Shown piece after piece: positions 1 through 11,980 of a DNA stretch of 64,000 bases (positions are counted from its first letter, which is position 1; the number at the start of each line of letters is the position of its first letter). The notes under the pieces were generated by a model. That model made no database searches, was not told the DNA's origin, and saw nothing but the letters and a program-made list of their open reading frames with translations. This DNA comes from Eledone cirrhosa (Eukaryota): the NCBI GenBank assembly GCA_964016885.1, contig OZ024742.1:28334001-28398000 (forward strand), in the 5' to 3' direction. A program made the translations under genes and the position numbers.

Positions 1-265
1 AAGCGGTTCTGAAACCGCCCGAGCTCGTGGTCGATCCTCTACTCTCACTAATATTATATATATATGTTTGTGGGTGTATGTGTGTAACAACGTTTATGTA
101 TATATTTATGTCACACTACCTCGCGGTTCCACACAAACAAGATCGATAAAATAAGTACCAGACTTGAGAAAATAAATACTAGGAGTCAATATGATCAACA
201 AAAAAAAAATCAAGGTGGGGCCGAAGCATGGCCGCAGTTTATTGCCTGAAAACCAATAAAAATAA
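1..265 (+). mobile_element. 3' part of a SINE (same family as 6933-7295)
   Basis: Shares a TG-rich middle, CGATAAAATAAG and GGTGG..AGCATG blocks, and an A-rich end with 6933-7295; truncated by the window edge. Confidence 0.55.
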
Positions 266-1959
266 TAATGAAAACTTTAGAACTGTTGTTTCCTTTTGTT
301 GGGTGTGCATCTCTCTTACTCCATTCAGAATCACTGGACTGCATTAGTGAACATGTTATTCTTTGTTTAAGACGATAGGGGTTAATTTTGTAGCAAATAC
401 GCGCAAGAGTGAGGAAATCAAAGGCTGAAATACAGTCCACTAAATAAACAATCATAGAAGACTGTATATAGAATTACAATCTCTTATTTCCTCTACATAA
501 GGTCAACTTAACATTAGTACGTAGAATAGATGATATACACAATAACTGAAATATTAATTTCAGTGCAAAAATGAAGATGTAATGAAGAGAGTGTAATTAA
601 ATACTTTATGAATGCTTAATTCTTTTATATCCAGGGAACATGAAAACAACACTGTCTTAGATAGAAGCTATGACAAGTAAATTGCCTTTCATCCTTTCGA
701 GGTCGATACAAAAGGTATTAGTCTAATACTGGGGTCGATTCTTCCTCTATATCTCTTTCCTAATTCCACTCTGTCACTTTCTATCCTTCTCTAGAAGAGA
801 TCTGCTGTGTTCAGGCCTGGAGAGGGATGGACTCCGCCAGGTTTAAGATGCCCAAGAAACGCTGTATGACACTACGGCGCTTCTACGTCTCCGTCTGGTG
901 TTACAGGGCCATACCATAGCAAATAAAGTTGTTTACTTGAATACCTAATGGTACATACAAATCCGGTAAACATGGATTCGGATTCGGGGAGATTTTTTTA
1001 AATATTTTCAGAAGCGTAACTTTACATTATTTTGTTATTATTATTACATGTCACATGACAGAAATATTCTAAGAAGGTTCTATGGATAAAAAAAAATGGC
1101 GTTGGTCTTAAAACATTGATATATAGAGTTGACAAGCCATGGTATCTAGCAAAAGGCGTAAATCAGAAATATGAATATATCATTTACAGAGAAATATGTC
1201 TGTCAAACGAACAAGTGATCAAACGTAGGGGGAGTCTATTTTATAATTTCATTGAAATATAGCTTCTATTTTCAACAGGTTGAGCGACCAAATATATTTT
1301 TTTACATAGACACGTGATCACAAACATGGGTAAAGTGTTATCGTCGACCCTCATATTTAACTGGTATTTTATAAGAAGCAACGCACTGGCCTTTCTGTTA
1401 GTTAAGTCTGCCTCGTGTCATACACTACTGTCTTGAAAATACAAAAAGCACATTAAATATTGTAATCGTTGATGCATTATTAATTAAGGACTCAATACAG
1501 TATTCACTGAACCCTTGAATCAGTGTTTACTAAACTTATTTTGTCACAAAACCCATATATTAGTATCCTACAATCGCAGTACCCATATCTATATTTTACA
1601 TGTATTACCCCTACGCTGGTCTGGTGAGGAAGTTACGTGGAACCCCAGCAGCACAAAAAAGATCTGTAAAAAGGGCAGATGAACTCCTCAGAATCAACGC
1701 TCATCCACCCCAACTATAGATTAAATATTGTCACCAACCCGCAATTGGCCAAGCATGGTGAGTACGGTTACATCGCTGACATGACCAAAACCAAACAGAA
1801 AGTGGTAGAGGTCAACCAGGTAGTGGTTCTTTCAACAGGAGTGTGAAGGCCCTGGATTGATTTGGATTGGATCTCCAGTTTAATTCTAATAAGCCATTGA
1901 CAAAAACAAAAATTGTTTTAGAGAGAAAATTTAATTGTATAAAATGCGCAGCATAAAAT

Positions 1960-2470
1960 CAATTTTCATAAAATTTTTATTAATTATCACCTTATCTTGC
2001 GACAGCAGCGTTGTGAAAAACTTGGTTGAGTAAGAGGCAGAGTCTGTCTACCTTGCCACTATACACATTTTAAGAATGTTGCCTTTAATATCCTTTAACT
2101 ATATCGTGGCAAATATTCTTTGTATAACTGGGGAAAAGTCTGATAATTTGTCAGTATGCCAGGAAAAGTTATTTCACCATAATACGCATCAGTTGCAGTG
2201 TGCAAGCAATTAAATATTTTCCAGAATATAGCTTAAACGATTTAATGAAGTGATTTCACGAATCCTGCTGGATTTTGCCTGCGTTCTGTAATCCGAGTAG
2301 ATTCTGTTCGGCTTCTTAGAGAAATGAAAACAAAACATGAAACACGTCGTCACCACATCTCTCTAGCCAAGTTGTTTTCTTTATTTTACTGATATTTCAT
2401 CTGCAAAGTCGCACGGGACGGTTGACAGCGTTCACAATATCCTATTCATATTCTTGCATTCTCTATCCGT
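1960..2470 (-). pseudogene. Possible heavily decayed hAT-type transposase C-terminal remnant
   Basis: Minus-strand fragments such as DIVNAVN and ILKATFLK..QGR loosely resemble hAT dimerisation-region motifs; many stops. Confidence 0.2.
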
Positions 2471-3043
2471 CCTCAACTCCCAAAAATACTTTTTTACCCA
2501 ACATTATTTAATTATAATTAAATAAAAAGCCAATAAATTAATCCTTATATCAACAGAGGAGCGGTACAGTTTTAGGACTAGAGCAAATTACAAACGTAGA
2601 AGAACCTGTGAAGTCATATATTCCTAGACAAAAAAAGCACAGTACTCCTTATATTCACTTTATCCTCTTAGCGCTTCCTAAAAGTCCCAGAGACCGGCTA
2701 TATATATAAACGATGTTTGTTTATATTTGAAAGTTGTGATTCAGTTACATAATTTAAGACGTTAAATGTTGTCAAGGTCTCTTGACTTAATGATTCAAAG
2801 CACCGAGCCGGAATCAGGGAAATATGAGATTCGATTCTTCGTAGCTGTCTTTTCCCGTCTCTAAGGGTTTTCACCGTTTTTTATAAGCTTTTTATAGCAT
2901 CTTCGCGTATGAGCACACCACTCTTTATATTAATGTCGTGTCTTGTATTTTTCCCCTTGTGTGTAGGTAATTGAACAAGGAATAGTAATCTATATATTTC
3001 TATTTCGACACAAGAAACTGTTGAAATGAAGCGAGCATATAAT

Positions 3044-3230
3044 AATTGTTTCTACTTTTGGCACAAGGCCAGCAATTACCCAGTACATTACTGGTACTTT
3101 ATTTTATCGACCCCGTAAGGATGAAAGGCAAAGTTAACCTCGACGGGATTTGAACTCAGACCGTAAAGGGACGTAACTATGCTAGAAAGCATGGCGTCCA
3201 ACCCTCTACCAATACTGCCAATTCACCGCC
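3044..3230 (-). mobile_element. tRNA-derived SINE (family A)
   Basis: Reverse complement of 4559-4746: B-box GAGTTCAAATCC, TTAACTTTGCCTTTCATCCTTAC..GGTCGATAAAATAAA..GTACCAG, and a GGCCTTGTGCCAAAAGTAGAAAC tail. Confidence 0.85.
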
Positions 3231-3247
3231 CGAGCATATAATATAGA

Positions 3248-3385
3248 CACAAGGCCAGTAATTTGGGGGAGGGCAAAGTCGATTAAATCGACCCCAGTAA
3301 GTTACTGGTGCTTTATTTTATCGACCCTGTAAGGATAAAAGGCAAAGTTAACCTGGGCGGGGTTTGAACTCAGACCGTATGGCGA
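3248..3385 (-). mobile_element. tRNA-derived SINE (family A), partial
   Basis: Same core and tail as 3044-3230; the 5' head is missing. Confidence 0.8.
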
Positions 3386-4199
3386 GCATATAACAACACA
3401 ATGTAATTCCGTGGCAACAGAAAGAATTGTGTACTCTTGAAACCGTCAGACTGTAATTCGAATCTCTTGGATAGAATTGCGTACCTCCGTTTAGCTGAAG
3501 CATAATATATAGGCAAAAACACGAGCACAATTGAATCATGGATTGTCATATGATTGTCTGTCGTTAAACAATTCAACAATTTACACAGCAATTGTTAAAT
3601 AAAACTCAATGCAAGTTCAATACAAGACAATTAACTTTATCCCCTCAGCGTTTCGTAAAAGTCCAAGAGATCGGTTACGTATATACGAATTACTATTGGA
3701 TTTTATTATTTATCGTTAATATTAAAATAGAAACAATTATTTATCGTTAATATTAATTTAAAAAAATAATAATCATGAATAATTATTTTAAATTTATTTA
3801 TCCAAAATGTTTTAAGAGAAGGGCCTCAAATTTCAAATAGCAAAGGTCGTTAGTTGATGAAAGCCCGACTCTAATTTCACCCCTTCACTGGAAGAAACGC
3901 TATATGTCAAGAGGGGCACACGCACCATGACTCTCTCAGGATTTATGGGTTCATATACGTTTTGATATTATAAAGAAAAAAATTAGATTTCAGGATTTCT
4001 GCTGGTGTAATATGATATAGTTTCTATAATTATATTAAACTAAAATTATATAATTAATAATGTATTAATAATTTAAGTATTTAATTATTTTTCTTTTTTA
4101 ACTTTTTAATTATCACGTATTTGGTTTTCTTATAATTAATCGCAGGTTTTTGCCTTATTTATATTCTTTCTAGCAATTACTTAGATCCAGCATTAGACA

Positions 4200-4930
4200 T
4201 TTTAGGAACTCTGATAAAACCTTTATATTTTCAGAGAAGATTAAGAACTTCTATGAAATATTATATGACCTTAATACCAACACTAGTGTAGAAACATTAG
4301 CTAAATGTGAAGCATTCATCACTCATAAAGACTACAAAGAACATTTCACCTCTAATCTCAATTGCAGCCTCAATTAACCCAGCCAAATCCGAAATAGACG
4401 TATTAAGAAAGAAAATAATTAGCTACGTATATATTAGCCAATGATATACTGACTGCTACACCTTAGCAATGAAAATACACTTGTATGGTAATATATTGCT
4501 TTAACAGTATACGAATTAGTAATAGATATGTTCCCCCCATTTTAGCATTATATTCATTGGTGGATTGGCAGTGTCGGTAGAGGGTTAGACGCCATGCTTT
4601 GCGGCATAGAGTTACGGCCCTTTACGATCTGAGTTCAAATCCCGCGGAGGTTAACTTTGCCTTTCATCCTTACAGGGTCGCTAAAATAAAGTACCAATAA
4701 TGCACTGGGTTATTGTTGGCCTTGTGCCAAAAGCAGAAACAATTATATTCATTTAGCCCTCGATATCTAAGTCCCTACAAAGTTGTGTACTACAGTACTA
4801 CAGTTCGCTAATAACTATAAGAATATAGAGGTAATGAAACAGAGACTTTCCCAATCAAAAGCACTCAACGTTTCAATAAGGACTCCATCTGGGTAAGAAA
4901 TCGAACCAAATGAACGTCTTTCACATCACT
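4200..4930 (+). pseudogene. Decayed Penelope-like element RT remnant, interrupted by a SINE
   Basis: Frameshifted peptides AFITHKDYKEHF..LINPAKSEI and FNKDSIWV match N-terminal and RT motifs of PLE proteins (FITxKDHK..RLINPxKSE). Confidence 0.55.
4559..4746 (+). mobile_element. tRNA-derived SINE (family A), near full length
   Basis: Pol III A-box-like TGGCAGTGTCGG and B-box GAGTTCAAATCC. Other copies at ~683-740, 3044, 3248, 8051, 8293, 12593 and 34410. Confidence 0.9.
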
Positions 4931-5118
4931 CTTATTTTCTTGCTCCTGCTCAATGAGACCGAGGGTCATCCTAGGGCAGTGATCCTAGAAGTGTCATCGT
5001 GTGGGAGTGTTGTACCCTCGGTCACTTAACTCTACAGAAACTGGGATAAGTACTGGCATGATGGACTTCCAGTTACACCTGAAAGATATTCTTCTAACCA
5101 ATGGCGACACATCATAAT

Positions 5119-5320
5119 TTCTCTCTCTCACACACACATACACTGTGTCACACACACATACTCTCTCTCACACACACACACACTCTCTCACACACTCTCT
5201 CTCTCTCTCACACACACTCTCTCTCACACACTCTCTCTCTCACATACTCTCTCACACACACACACACTTTCTCTCTCTCTCTCTCTCTCACACACACACT
5301 CTCTCTCACACACACTCTCT
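5119..5320. repeat. Compound (CT)n/(CA)n microsatellite
   Basis: Alternating CT and CA dinucleotide runs. Confidence 0.95.
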
Positions 5321-5420
5321 TCAGCGTATGTTGGATTTCGTCAAGACAAATGTCAGTTATTCACGGTCACAGATCTTAGATGTGTCAGGTGACCAAGTCT
5401 CTATTTTTGGCAGAGTTTTA

Positions 5421-5865
5421 ATGATGGTGATGATAGTGGTGGTAGTGGTGATGATGGTGATGATAATGGTGATGATAATGGTGATGGTGATGATAATGGT
5501 GATGGTGATGATGGTGATGATAATGGTGATGGTGATGATGGTGATGATAATGGTGATGGTGATGATGGTGGTAAATGTGGTGATGGTGATGGTGATGATA
5601 GTGGTGGTGATGATGGTGATGATAATGGTGATGGTGATGATGGTGGTAAATGTGGTGATGGTGATGGTGATGATAGTGGTGGTGATGATGGTGATGATAA
5701 TGGTGATGGTGATGATGGTGGTAAATGTGGTGGTGATGATGGTGATGATAATGGTGATGATGATGGTGATGATAATGGTGATGGTGATGATGGTGGTAAA
5801 TGTGGTGATGGTGATGGTGATGATAGTGGTGGTGGTGGTGATGCTGCTGCTATCAATGGTGATGA
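5421..5865. repeat. (GAT/GGT)n trinucleotide array with higher-order repeats
   Basis: ATGGTGATG runs with a recurring GGTAAATGTGG landmark; accounts for the M/V/I-only ORFs. Confidence 0.95.
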
Positions 5866-5927
5866 GTATTGAAGATATGGATAACAATTATAATAGTTAA
5901 AGAAGAGGAAGTTAGTACTGTGATAGA

Positions 5928-6625
5928 TGGGAGGCTGGGGGGTAGAGGGCGGTGTGTGGTGGTGGTGGTGGTGGGAGGGAGGAGGAGGACTGTAGGAGGG
6001 AAGGAGTAGGGGTGGTGTGTGGTGGTGGTGGGAGGGAGGGAGGACTATAGGATGGAAGGAGTAGGGGTGGTGTGTGGTGGTGGTGGGAGGAGGACTGTAG
6101 GAGGGAAGGAGTAGGGGGAGTAAGGGGTAGTAGGGGTAGGGGGAGTATGGGGAAGGAGTAGAGGGGGAAGGAGTAGGCGTGTAAAGATGATGTAAGCCAA
6201 TTAAACATTCATTAACCAACGAAGCAGCAAGGGAAGTGTGTTAGTAACGAGGATCTAATAAAAGATTAAGGTGGCTTAATGAGAGATTGGAGAGAGAGAG
6301 ACTGATGGATGGAGAGAGGGGGGTGGATTGAGAGAGGGAGAGAGAGAGAGAGATGGAAAGAGAGAGGGGGAGAGAGAGAGCGAGATGGAGGGAGAGAGGG
6401 GGATGGATGGAAAGAGAAAGAGACAGAGACAGATGGATCGAGAGAGAGAGGAGATGGAGGGAGAGAGACAGATGGAGAGGGAGAGAGACAGATGGAAAGA
6501 GAGAGGAGGATGGATGAAGGAGAAAGAGAGAGAAAGAGAGACAGAGAGAGAGATGGAAGGAGAGAGAGAGAAAGAAAGAAAGATAGAAAAATAGAGAAGC
6601 AGGGGAGAGAGAGGAAATGAAGGAG
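5928..6625. repeat. G-rich low-complexity tract followed by (GA)n polypurine tract
   Basis: GGTGGT/GGAGG/GGGGTAG runs at 5928-6180 and GA repeats at 6290-6625. Confidence 0.9.
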
Positions 6626-6932
6626 GAGTAATAGGAGGGTGGGATGGAAATGTGCAATCGATCAATTATGATGCATCTAGCAATGCACATCAGTTTCTGC
6701 ACATGTGTGTATGTGTGTGTTTTTATATATATATATGTGTGTGTTTGTGTGCATGCATGCATGTTTGCCTATGTTTGTACATACACACTCTCCAGCATAC
6801 TCATCTCTGTACATACACACTCTCCAGCATACTCATCTCTGTACATACACACACACAAAGCTACAAGTTTCCTCAATCTAAAGTAGTATTTAAATATTTT
6901 ATATCTTGAAATATGATAGTTTAATGGGATGC

Positions 6933-7295
6933 CAGGCATGGCTGTGTGGTTAACGAGTTTGTTTGCTCAACCACATGGTTTTGGGTTCAGTCGCACTGCA
7001 TGCCATCTTAGGCAAGTCTTTCCTATTTATAGCCTCGGGTTGACATATGCTTTGAATGTGAAACTTTGTAGACGCAGACTGTGTGGAAGCCTGTTACATG
7101 TGTACACACACACCTATATTTATGTGTGCATGCACATGTATTTATATTTGTTTATGTCCTATAACTTAGTGTTTCAACAAACAGAGAACGATAAAATAAG
7201 ATCCAAAACTAAATAAAATAAGTGTTGAGGACAATATTATCAATCAAATCACTTGAAGGTGGTGTCCTAGCATGACAAAACCCAGTAAAATATAA
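6933..7295 (+). mobile_element. tRNA-derived SINE (family B)
   Basis: Head GGCATGGCTGTGTGGTTA..GGGTTCAGTC, CORE-like CTTAGGCAAGTC, TG-rich middle, and a tail shared with 1-265. Confidence 0.75.
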
Positions 7296-7328
7296 GAATA
7301 TATTATGTGTATATATATATATATAGAA

Positions 7329-7365
<37 letters not shown>

Positions 7366-7379
7366 AAGAGAGAGAGGAA

Positions 7380-7590
7380 GTAGTTCCACAATAGTTAGTT
7401 CACCATACCAAGAACAAATGTATCACCTAAAGAGGATCTTCAGCTCGGTAACCAAGCTGACAATCTGCTTAAGGTGAAACAATTGTTCTCGGTATGGTGA
7501 ACTAACTGTTGTGGAACTACTCCTATCTAACTCGTCCCATGGACTGAGTGCTCTACCACTACGGATATAACCCTCCAGTCTTCTACTATT
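7380..7590 (+). mobile_element. PLE pseudo-LTR fragment with an inverted copy and hammerhead-like cores on both arms
   Basis: Inverted arms ~7380-7448 and 7452-7520. Plus arm reads ccaag-CTGACAA..GAAA-caattg-tt-ctcgg; minus arm reads ccgag-CTGAAGA..GATA. Ends at (TA)n. Confidence 0.6.
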
Positions 7591-7612
7591 ATATATATAT
7601 ATATATATTATA

Positions 7613-7870
7613 TCATCATCATCATCACCATTTTACGTCCGTTCTTCCACGCTAGCATGGGTTAGACGGGTTGTCCTGTTGTGGGCAGTGTCTGGTCGGC
7701 TGACCTTGTCTTGCTCATACGGGAACTGATTCTGGCTTAATTTCTACAGCTGGATGCCCTTCCTAACACCAACCTCATTTACAGTGAGTGCTGGGTGCTT
7801 TTTTGCCGTGGCACCTCCACGACCACTTTGCAGTGGGAGGGTGTGGGGGCATATTGTCTATATGCTTCTA
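7613..7870 (-). mobile_element. RTE LINE 3' UTR fragment (family RTE-A)
   Basis: Matches the 3' UTR at 28940-29250, including the (ATG)n tail. Confidence 0.85.
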
Positions 7871-7887
7871 TAGATATATATATATTG

Positions 7888-8012
7888 TTGAAGCTCACAG
7901 TGGAGATGACGAAGGACTGTGATAAGTGGAGAGATGCTGTGCTGAATAGGACCCATCCCACCCTTGCAAGCAGGGAAAAGCAGACGTATAATGATGATGA
8001 TGATGATGATGT
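7888..8012 (+). mobile_element. RTE LINE extreme 3' end (family RTE-B)
   Basis: LKLTVEMTKDCDKWRD..THPTLASREKQT plus a (GAT)n tail, nearly identical to 59700-59820. Confidence 0.85.
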
Positions 8013-8050
8013 ATGAATTGAATCTTCGCCATAACATTGATTAAATAATG

Positions 8051-8240
8051 ATTTCTACTTTAGGCACAAGGCGAGCAATTGTGGGGGAGGGGAAAGTCGA
8101 TTAAATCAACCCCAATGCATTACTGGTACTTTTTTTATCGACCTCGTCAGGATGAAAGGCAAAGCTAACCTCGGGGGAATTTGAACTCAGAACGTAAAGG
8201 GCCGTAACTCTATGCCACAGAGCGTGGTGTCTGATGCTCT
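8051..8240 (-). mobile_element. SINE family A
   Basis: Reverse-complement match to 4559-4746. Confidence 0.8.
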
Positions 8241-8292
8241 ATTTTTTTCATCCAGTAGCTTTATATGTGCCACTTTAGACTACATTCTTTCG

Positions 8293-8405
8293 TCAAATCC
8301 CGCCCAGGTTAACTATGCCTTTCATCCTTACAGGGTCGATAAAGTAAAGTACCAGTAATGGACTGGGATAATTGCTGGCCTTGCGCCAAAAGTAGAAACA
8401 ATTAT
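8293..8405 (+). mobile_element. SINE family A, 3' part
   Basis: Matches 4636-4746; forms an inverted pair with 8051-8240. Confidence 0.8.
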
Positions 8406-8539
8406 TTAGTCAATGTTATGGTAAAGCTTCTATTTCAGTTCTAAACTTCCTGTGCCACCTTCTAAACATACTTTCTTTATAGATACATATTCTATATTAT
8501 GGAAAAGTGATGAATCTTGTTGCTCTCAAGTTTCACAAG

Positions 8540-8588
8540 TCTTGCCTGATGAACCTGAGTACAAAGGTGAAACCCCAGTGTAACAAGA
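8540..8588 (+). ncRNA. Type I hammerhead ribozyme motif (PLE pLTR)
   Basis: tcttg(c)-CTGATGA-acct/aggt stem II-GAAA-c..g-TA-(a)caaga; a partial inverted copy lies at 8505-8536. Confidence 0.6.
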
Positions 8589-8898
8589 TTCATCACTTAT
8601 CTGTAATACACAATATTAAACTCTGCAGCAGTATTGAGCACTTATTCTCAAGTTCATCAACATCATATATATATGTGTGTGAATATATTCATATACATAC
8701 CCCATGGAAGCATGAAAAAGCAGATGTAAAATAGACAATGGAAATGACATATACTAGTTCAAACATACTACTTTATAGGTAGCCTATTTGTCATGTTACA
8801 TAGATGTGTGTTTTGGGGGGAGGTCAATAAATAAAACAAAACAAACACGGGAATGCAAAAATATAAAACCTTATTAGGTTCACACTTAGAAGTAGAGG

Positions 8899-8940
8899 AG
8901 AGTTCAACATTTCAGACAGAAGTCCTTCATCAGGAAAGTT
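8899..8940 (-). ncRNA. Degenerate hammerhead-like motif
   Basis: Minus strand cCTGATGA-aggac/gtct-GAAA-tgttg; stem I is not convincing. Confidence 0.4.
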
Positions 8941-8982
8941 TGGATAGGGAGAGAGCAGGTAGGTATGTGAAAGTTAGGAAAA

Positions 8983-9028
<46 letters not shown>

Positions 9029-9030
<2 letters not shown>

Positions 9031-9368
9031 TCATCATCATTTCATTTTACGTCCGCTTTTCCCTGCTTGCAAGGGTGGGACGGGAACTGATTCTGGCTTG
9101 ATTTCTACAGCCGGATGCCCTTCTTAACACCAACCTCATTTACAGTGAGTGCTGGGTGCTTTTTTGCCGTGGCACCTCCACGACCACTTTGCAGTGGAAT
9201 GATAGGGACCCCAGTCCCTATCATCTCATTTCTACAGCTGAGTAAACTGGAGCAATGTGAAATAAAGTCTCTTGCTCAAGGAAACAACACATCACCCAGA
9301 CTGAGAATTGAACTCACAACCTTTCGATTGCAAGGCCAATGCTCTAACCACTAAGCCATATGCCTCCA
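9029..9368 (-). mobile_element. SINE family C: tRNA head + CORE-like domain + RTE-derived tail
   Basis: Minus strand TGGCTTAGTGG (A box), GAGTTCAATTCT (B box), CCTTGAGCAAG.. core, then RTE 3' UTR sequence and (ATG)n. Second copy at 15660-15992. Confidence 0.85.
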
Positions 9369-9419
9369 TATATATATAAATATAGCTACCACACAAATAT
9401 AGCTACCACATAAATAGCT

Positions 9420-9770
9420 ACCACACAACACCACTGCAGTTGTGACCATCACATCAGTAGCCACCACACAACACCACTGCAGTTGTAACCATCACATCAG
9501 TAGCCACCACACAACACCACTGCAGTTGTGACCATCACATCAGTAGCCACCACACAACACCACTGCAGTTGTAACCATCACATCAGTAGCCACCACACAA
9601 CACCACTGCAGTTGTGACCATCACATCAGTAGCTACCACACAACACCACTGCAGTTGTGACCATCACATCAGTAGCCACCACACAACACCACTGCAGTTG
9701 TGACCATCACATCAGTAGCCACCACACAACACCACTGCAGTTGTGACCATCACATCAGTAGCCACCACAA
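9420..9770. repeat. 43-bp minisatellite, ~8 copies
   Basis: Unit ACCACACAACACCACTGCAGTTGTGACCATCACATCAGTAGCC; the CTGCAG site recurs every 43 bp. Confidence 0.95.
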
Positions 9771-10200
9771 CACTACAGCTAACACTCCACCACACCACTA
9801 CAGCTAACACTCCACCACACTATACCAATAGAGCCACCCCAATACTACAACACCACAACACCACTACAACCACCACATCATTATAACCACCACAACACTA
9901 CAGCTAACACTCCACCACACTATACCAATAGAGCCACCCCAATACTACAACACCACAACACCACTACAACCACCACAACACTACAGCTAACACTCCACCA
10001 CACCATTACAACTAACACTCGACCACACTATACCAATAGAGCCACCCCAATACTACAACCACCACAACACCACTACAACCACCACAACACTACAGCTAAC
10101 ACTCCACCACACAACACGACTAGAGCCACACCACCACACAATACCACTAGTATCACCCCACCACACCACTAGAGCCCCCACCCCTCCAATACAAGCTCTC
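9770..10200. repeat. CA-rich degenerate tandem repeats
   Basis: Recurring ACTACAGCTAACACTCCACCACAC and TATACCAATAGAGCCACCCCAATACTAC blocks. Confidence 0.85.
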
Positions 10201-11094
10201 CAACCAAACAGAACATTAGAGATTCAATATTTAACTCAAGAGTGCAGTGAAGTGCAGTGAAGTGCAGCACAAATGGAAATACATATGACAACACACTCAG
10301 AGCTGTTCAGTCATGAAAACTGACCAGTACTGTATTTACCCAACCATCACCACTCTTCAATATGAAACATTAACTCCCCCTTTCTATTCTCTATCCTGAC
10401 ATGCATCATTGCACGAGATTCCTATTTGTCCTCTCATTGATGCAGGTCATCCTATGACACATTAGTGACCTGTTGATAGATTTATCACCATAAGATCAAT
10501 GATTGCCATACCCACCCATCCCAACTTATTTATCATTAAAAGATCAATAACTGCTAAGCCATCCCCCCTTTTTTATCATCATAACACCAATGCCTGCTAA
10601 ACCCTTTCCCACCTTATTTATCATTATAAGATCAATGACAGCTAAACCTTCCACCCCTTTTTGCCCATCAATAAACACCACTCATGCAGAAACTTACATG
10701 AATTGTCTCAGTTTAATGTAGAACAATGACTCCAGAGACAACAAACCTGACTTTTATGTTTTTGTCATCCTACTGATGAAATCATTATAAGATATGGATT
10801 TCCCGAGATTGTATTACATATAAAGGTATGTAATATATTTATACGTGTTTTCCATCACATTATCTCCTTTCTGATATTCTCAAACGATTACAGTCCTAAA
10901 TACATTACCATAAATATTATATTTAACTCTTTTGAAAGAAGCTTATCTTTCACAGCACATGGTTCCATTTTTTTAAAAATATATTTTTGTAATGATTTAA
11001 TCAAAGAAGGAAGATTCCATTTACTTTCCCAGGGTTGTCAAGGCAGTTGAAAAGAAAAGAAGAGATTTTAGACCTTTTTTACTGTCTTCAAGAC

Positions 11095-11980
11095 AGTTGG
11101 AAAGCAAGGAAAAAGTTATGAACCTTTCTTAGGGTCAAGACAGGTGGAAAGCAAGGCAAGAGTTATGGACCTTTCTTAGGGAATTCAAGGCTGGTGAAAG
11201 TAAAGAAAAAGTTATGGACCTTTCTTAGGGTATTCAAGGCTGGTGAAAGTAAAGAAAAAGTTATGGACCTTTCTTAGGGTATTCAAGGCTGGTGGAAAGC
11301 AAGGAAAAAGTTATGAACCTTTCTTAGGGTATTCAAGGCTGGTGGAAAGCAAGGAAAAAGTTATGAACCTTTCTTAGGGTCAAGACAGGTGGAATACAAG
11401 GAAACAGTTATGGACCTTTCTTAGGGTCAAGACAGGTGGAATACAAGGAAAAAGTTATGGACCTTTCTTAGGGTATTCAAGGCTGGTGGAAAGCAAGGAA
11501 AAAGTTATGAACCTTTCTTAGGGTCAAGACAGGTGGAATGCAAGGAAAAAGTTATGGACCTTTCTTAGGGTATTCAAGGCTGGTGGAAAGCAAGGAAAAA
11601 GTTATGGACCTTTCTTAGGGCCAAGACAGGTGGAATGCAAGGAAAAAGTTATGGACCTTTCTTAGGGCCAAGACAGGTGGAATGCAAGGAAAAAGTTATG
11701 GACCTTTCTTAGGGTATTCAAGGGTGGTGAAAGCAAAGAAAAAGTTATGGACCTTTCTTAGGGCCAAGACAGGTGGAATGCAAGGAAAAAGTTATGGATC
11801 TTTCTTAGGGTATTCAAGACAGGTGGAAAGTAAGGAAAAAGGACCTTTCTTAGTGTCAAGACAGTTGGAAAGCAAGGAAAAGGTTATGGACCTTTCTTAG
11901 GGTATTCAAGGCTGGTGAAAGCAAAGAAAAAGTTATGGGCCTTTCTTAGGGTATTCAAGGCTGGTGAAAGCAAGGGAAGA
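11095..11980. repeat. 47-50 bp minisatellite, ~18 units, two variants
   Basis: Constant AAAAGTTATG(G/A)ACCTTTCTTAGGG followed by TATTCAAGGCTGGTG.. or (T/C)CAAGACAGGTGGA.. Confidence 0.95.

Noticed and set aside
4559-4645. tRNA gene
   Set aside because: A and B boxes are present but there is no cloverleaf; it continues into a SINE body repeated many times in the window.
5101-6762. Pro/Ser-, Met/Val- and Arg/Glu-rich ORFs
   Set aside because: Simple-repeat translations open in several frames and on both strands; no domain or splice support.
9420-9770. 43-bp array as CRISPR or a mucin-like coding repeat
   Set aside because: No spacers; the unit is not a multiple of 3 and no long ORF spans it.
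10690-10830. Possible exon or hammerhead (CTGATGA at ~10773; GTATGT donor)
   Set aside because: Stops in the plausible frames, no good acceptor, and no correctly placed GAAA.
11095-11980. CRISPR-like look (constant block plus variable block)
   Set aside because: The variable parts are only two recurring variants rather than unique spacers; no cas genes; eukaryotic context.
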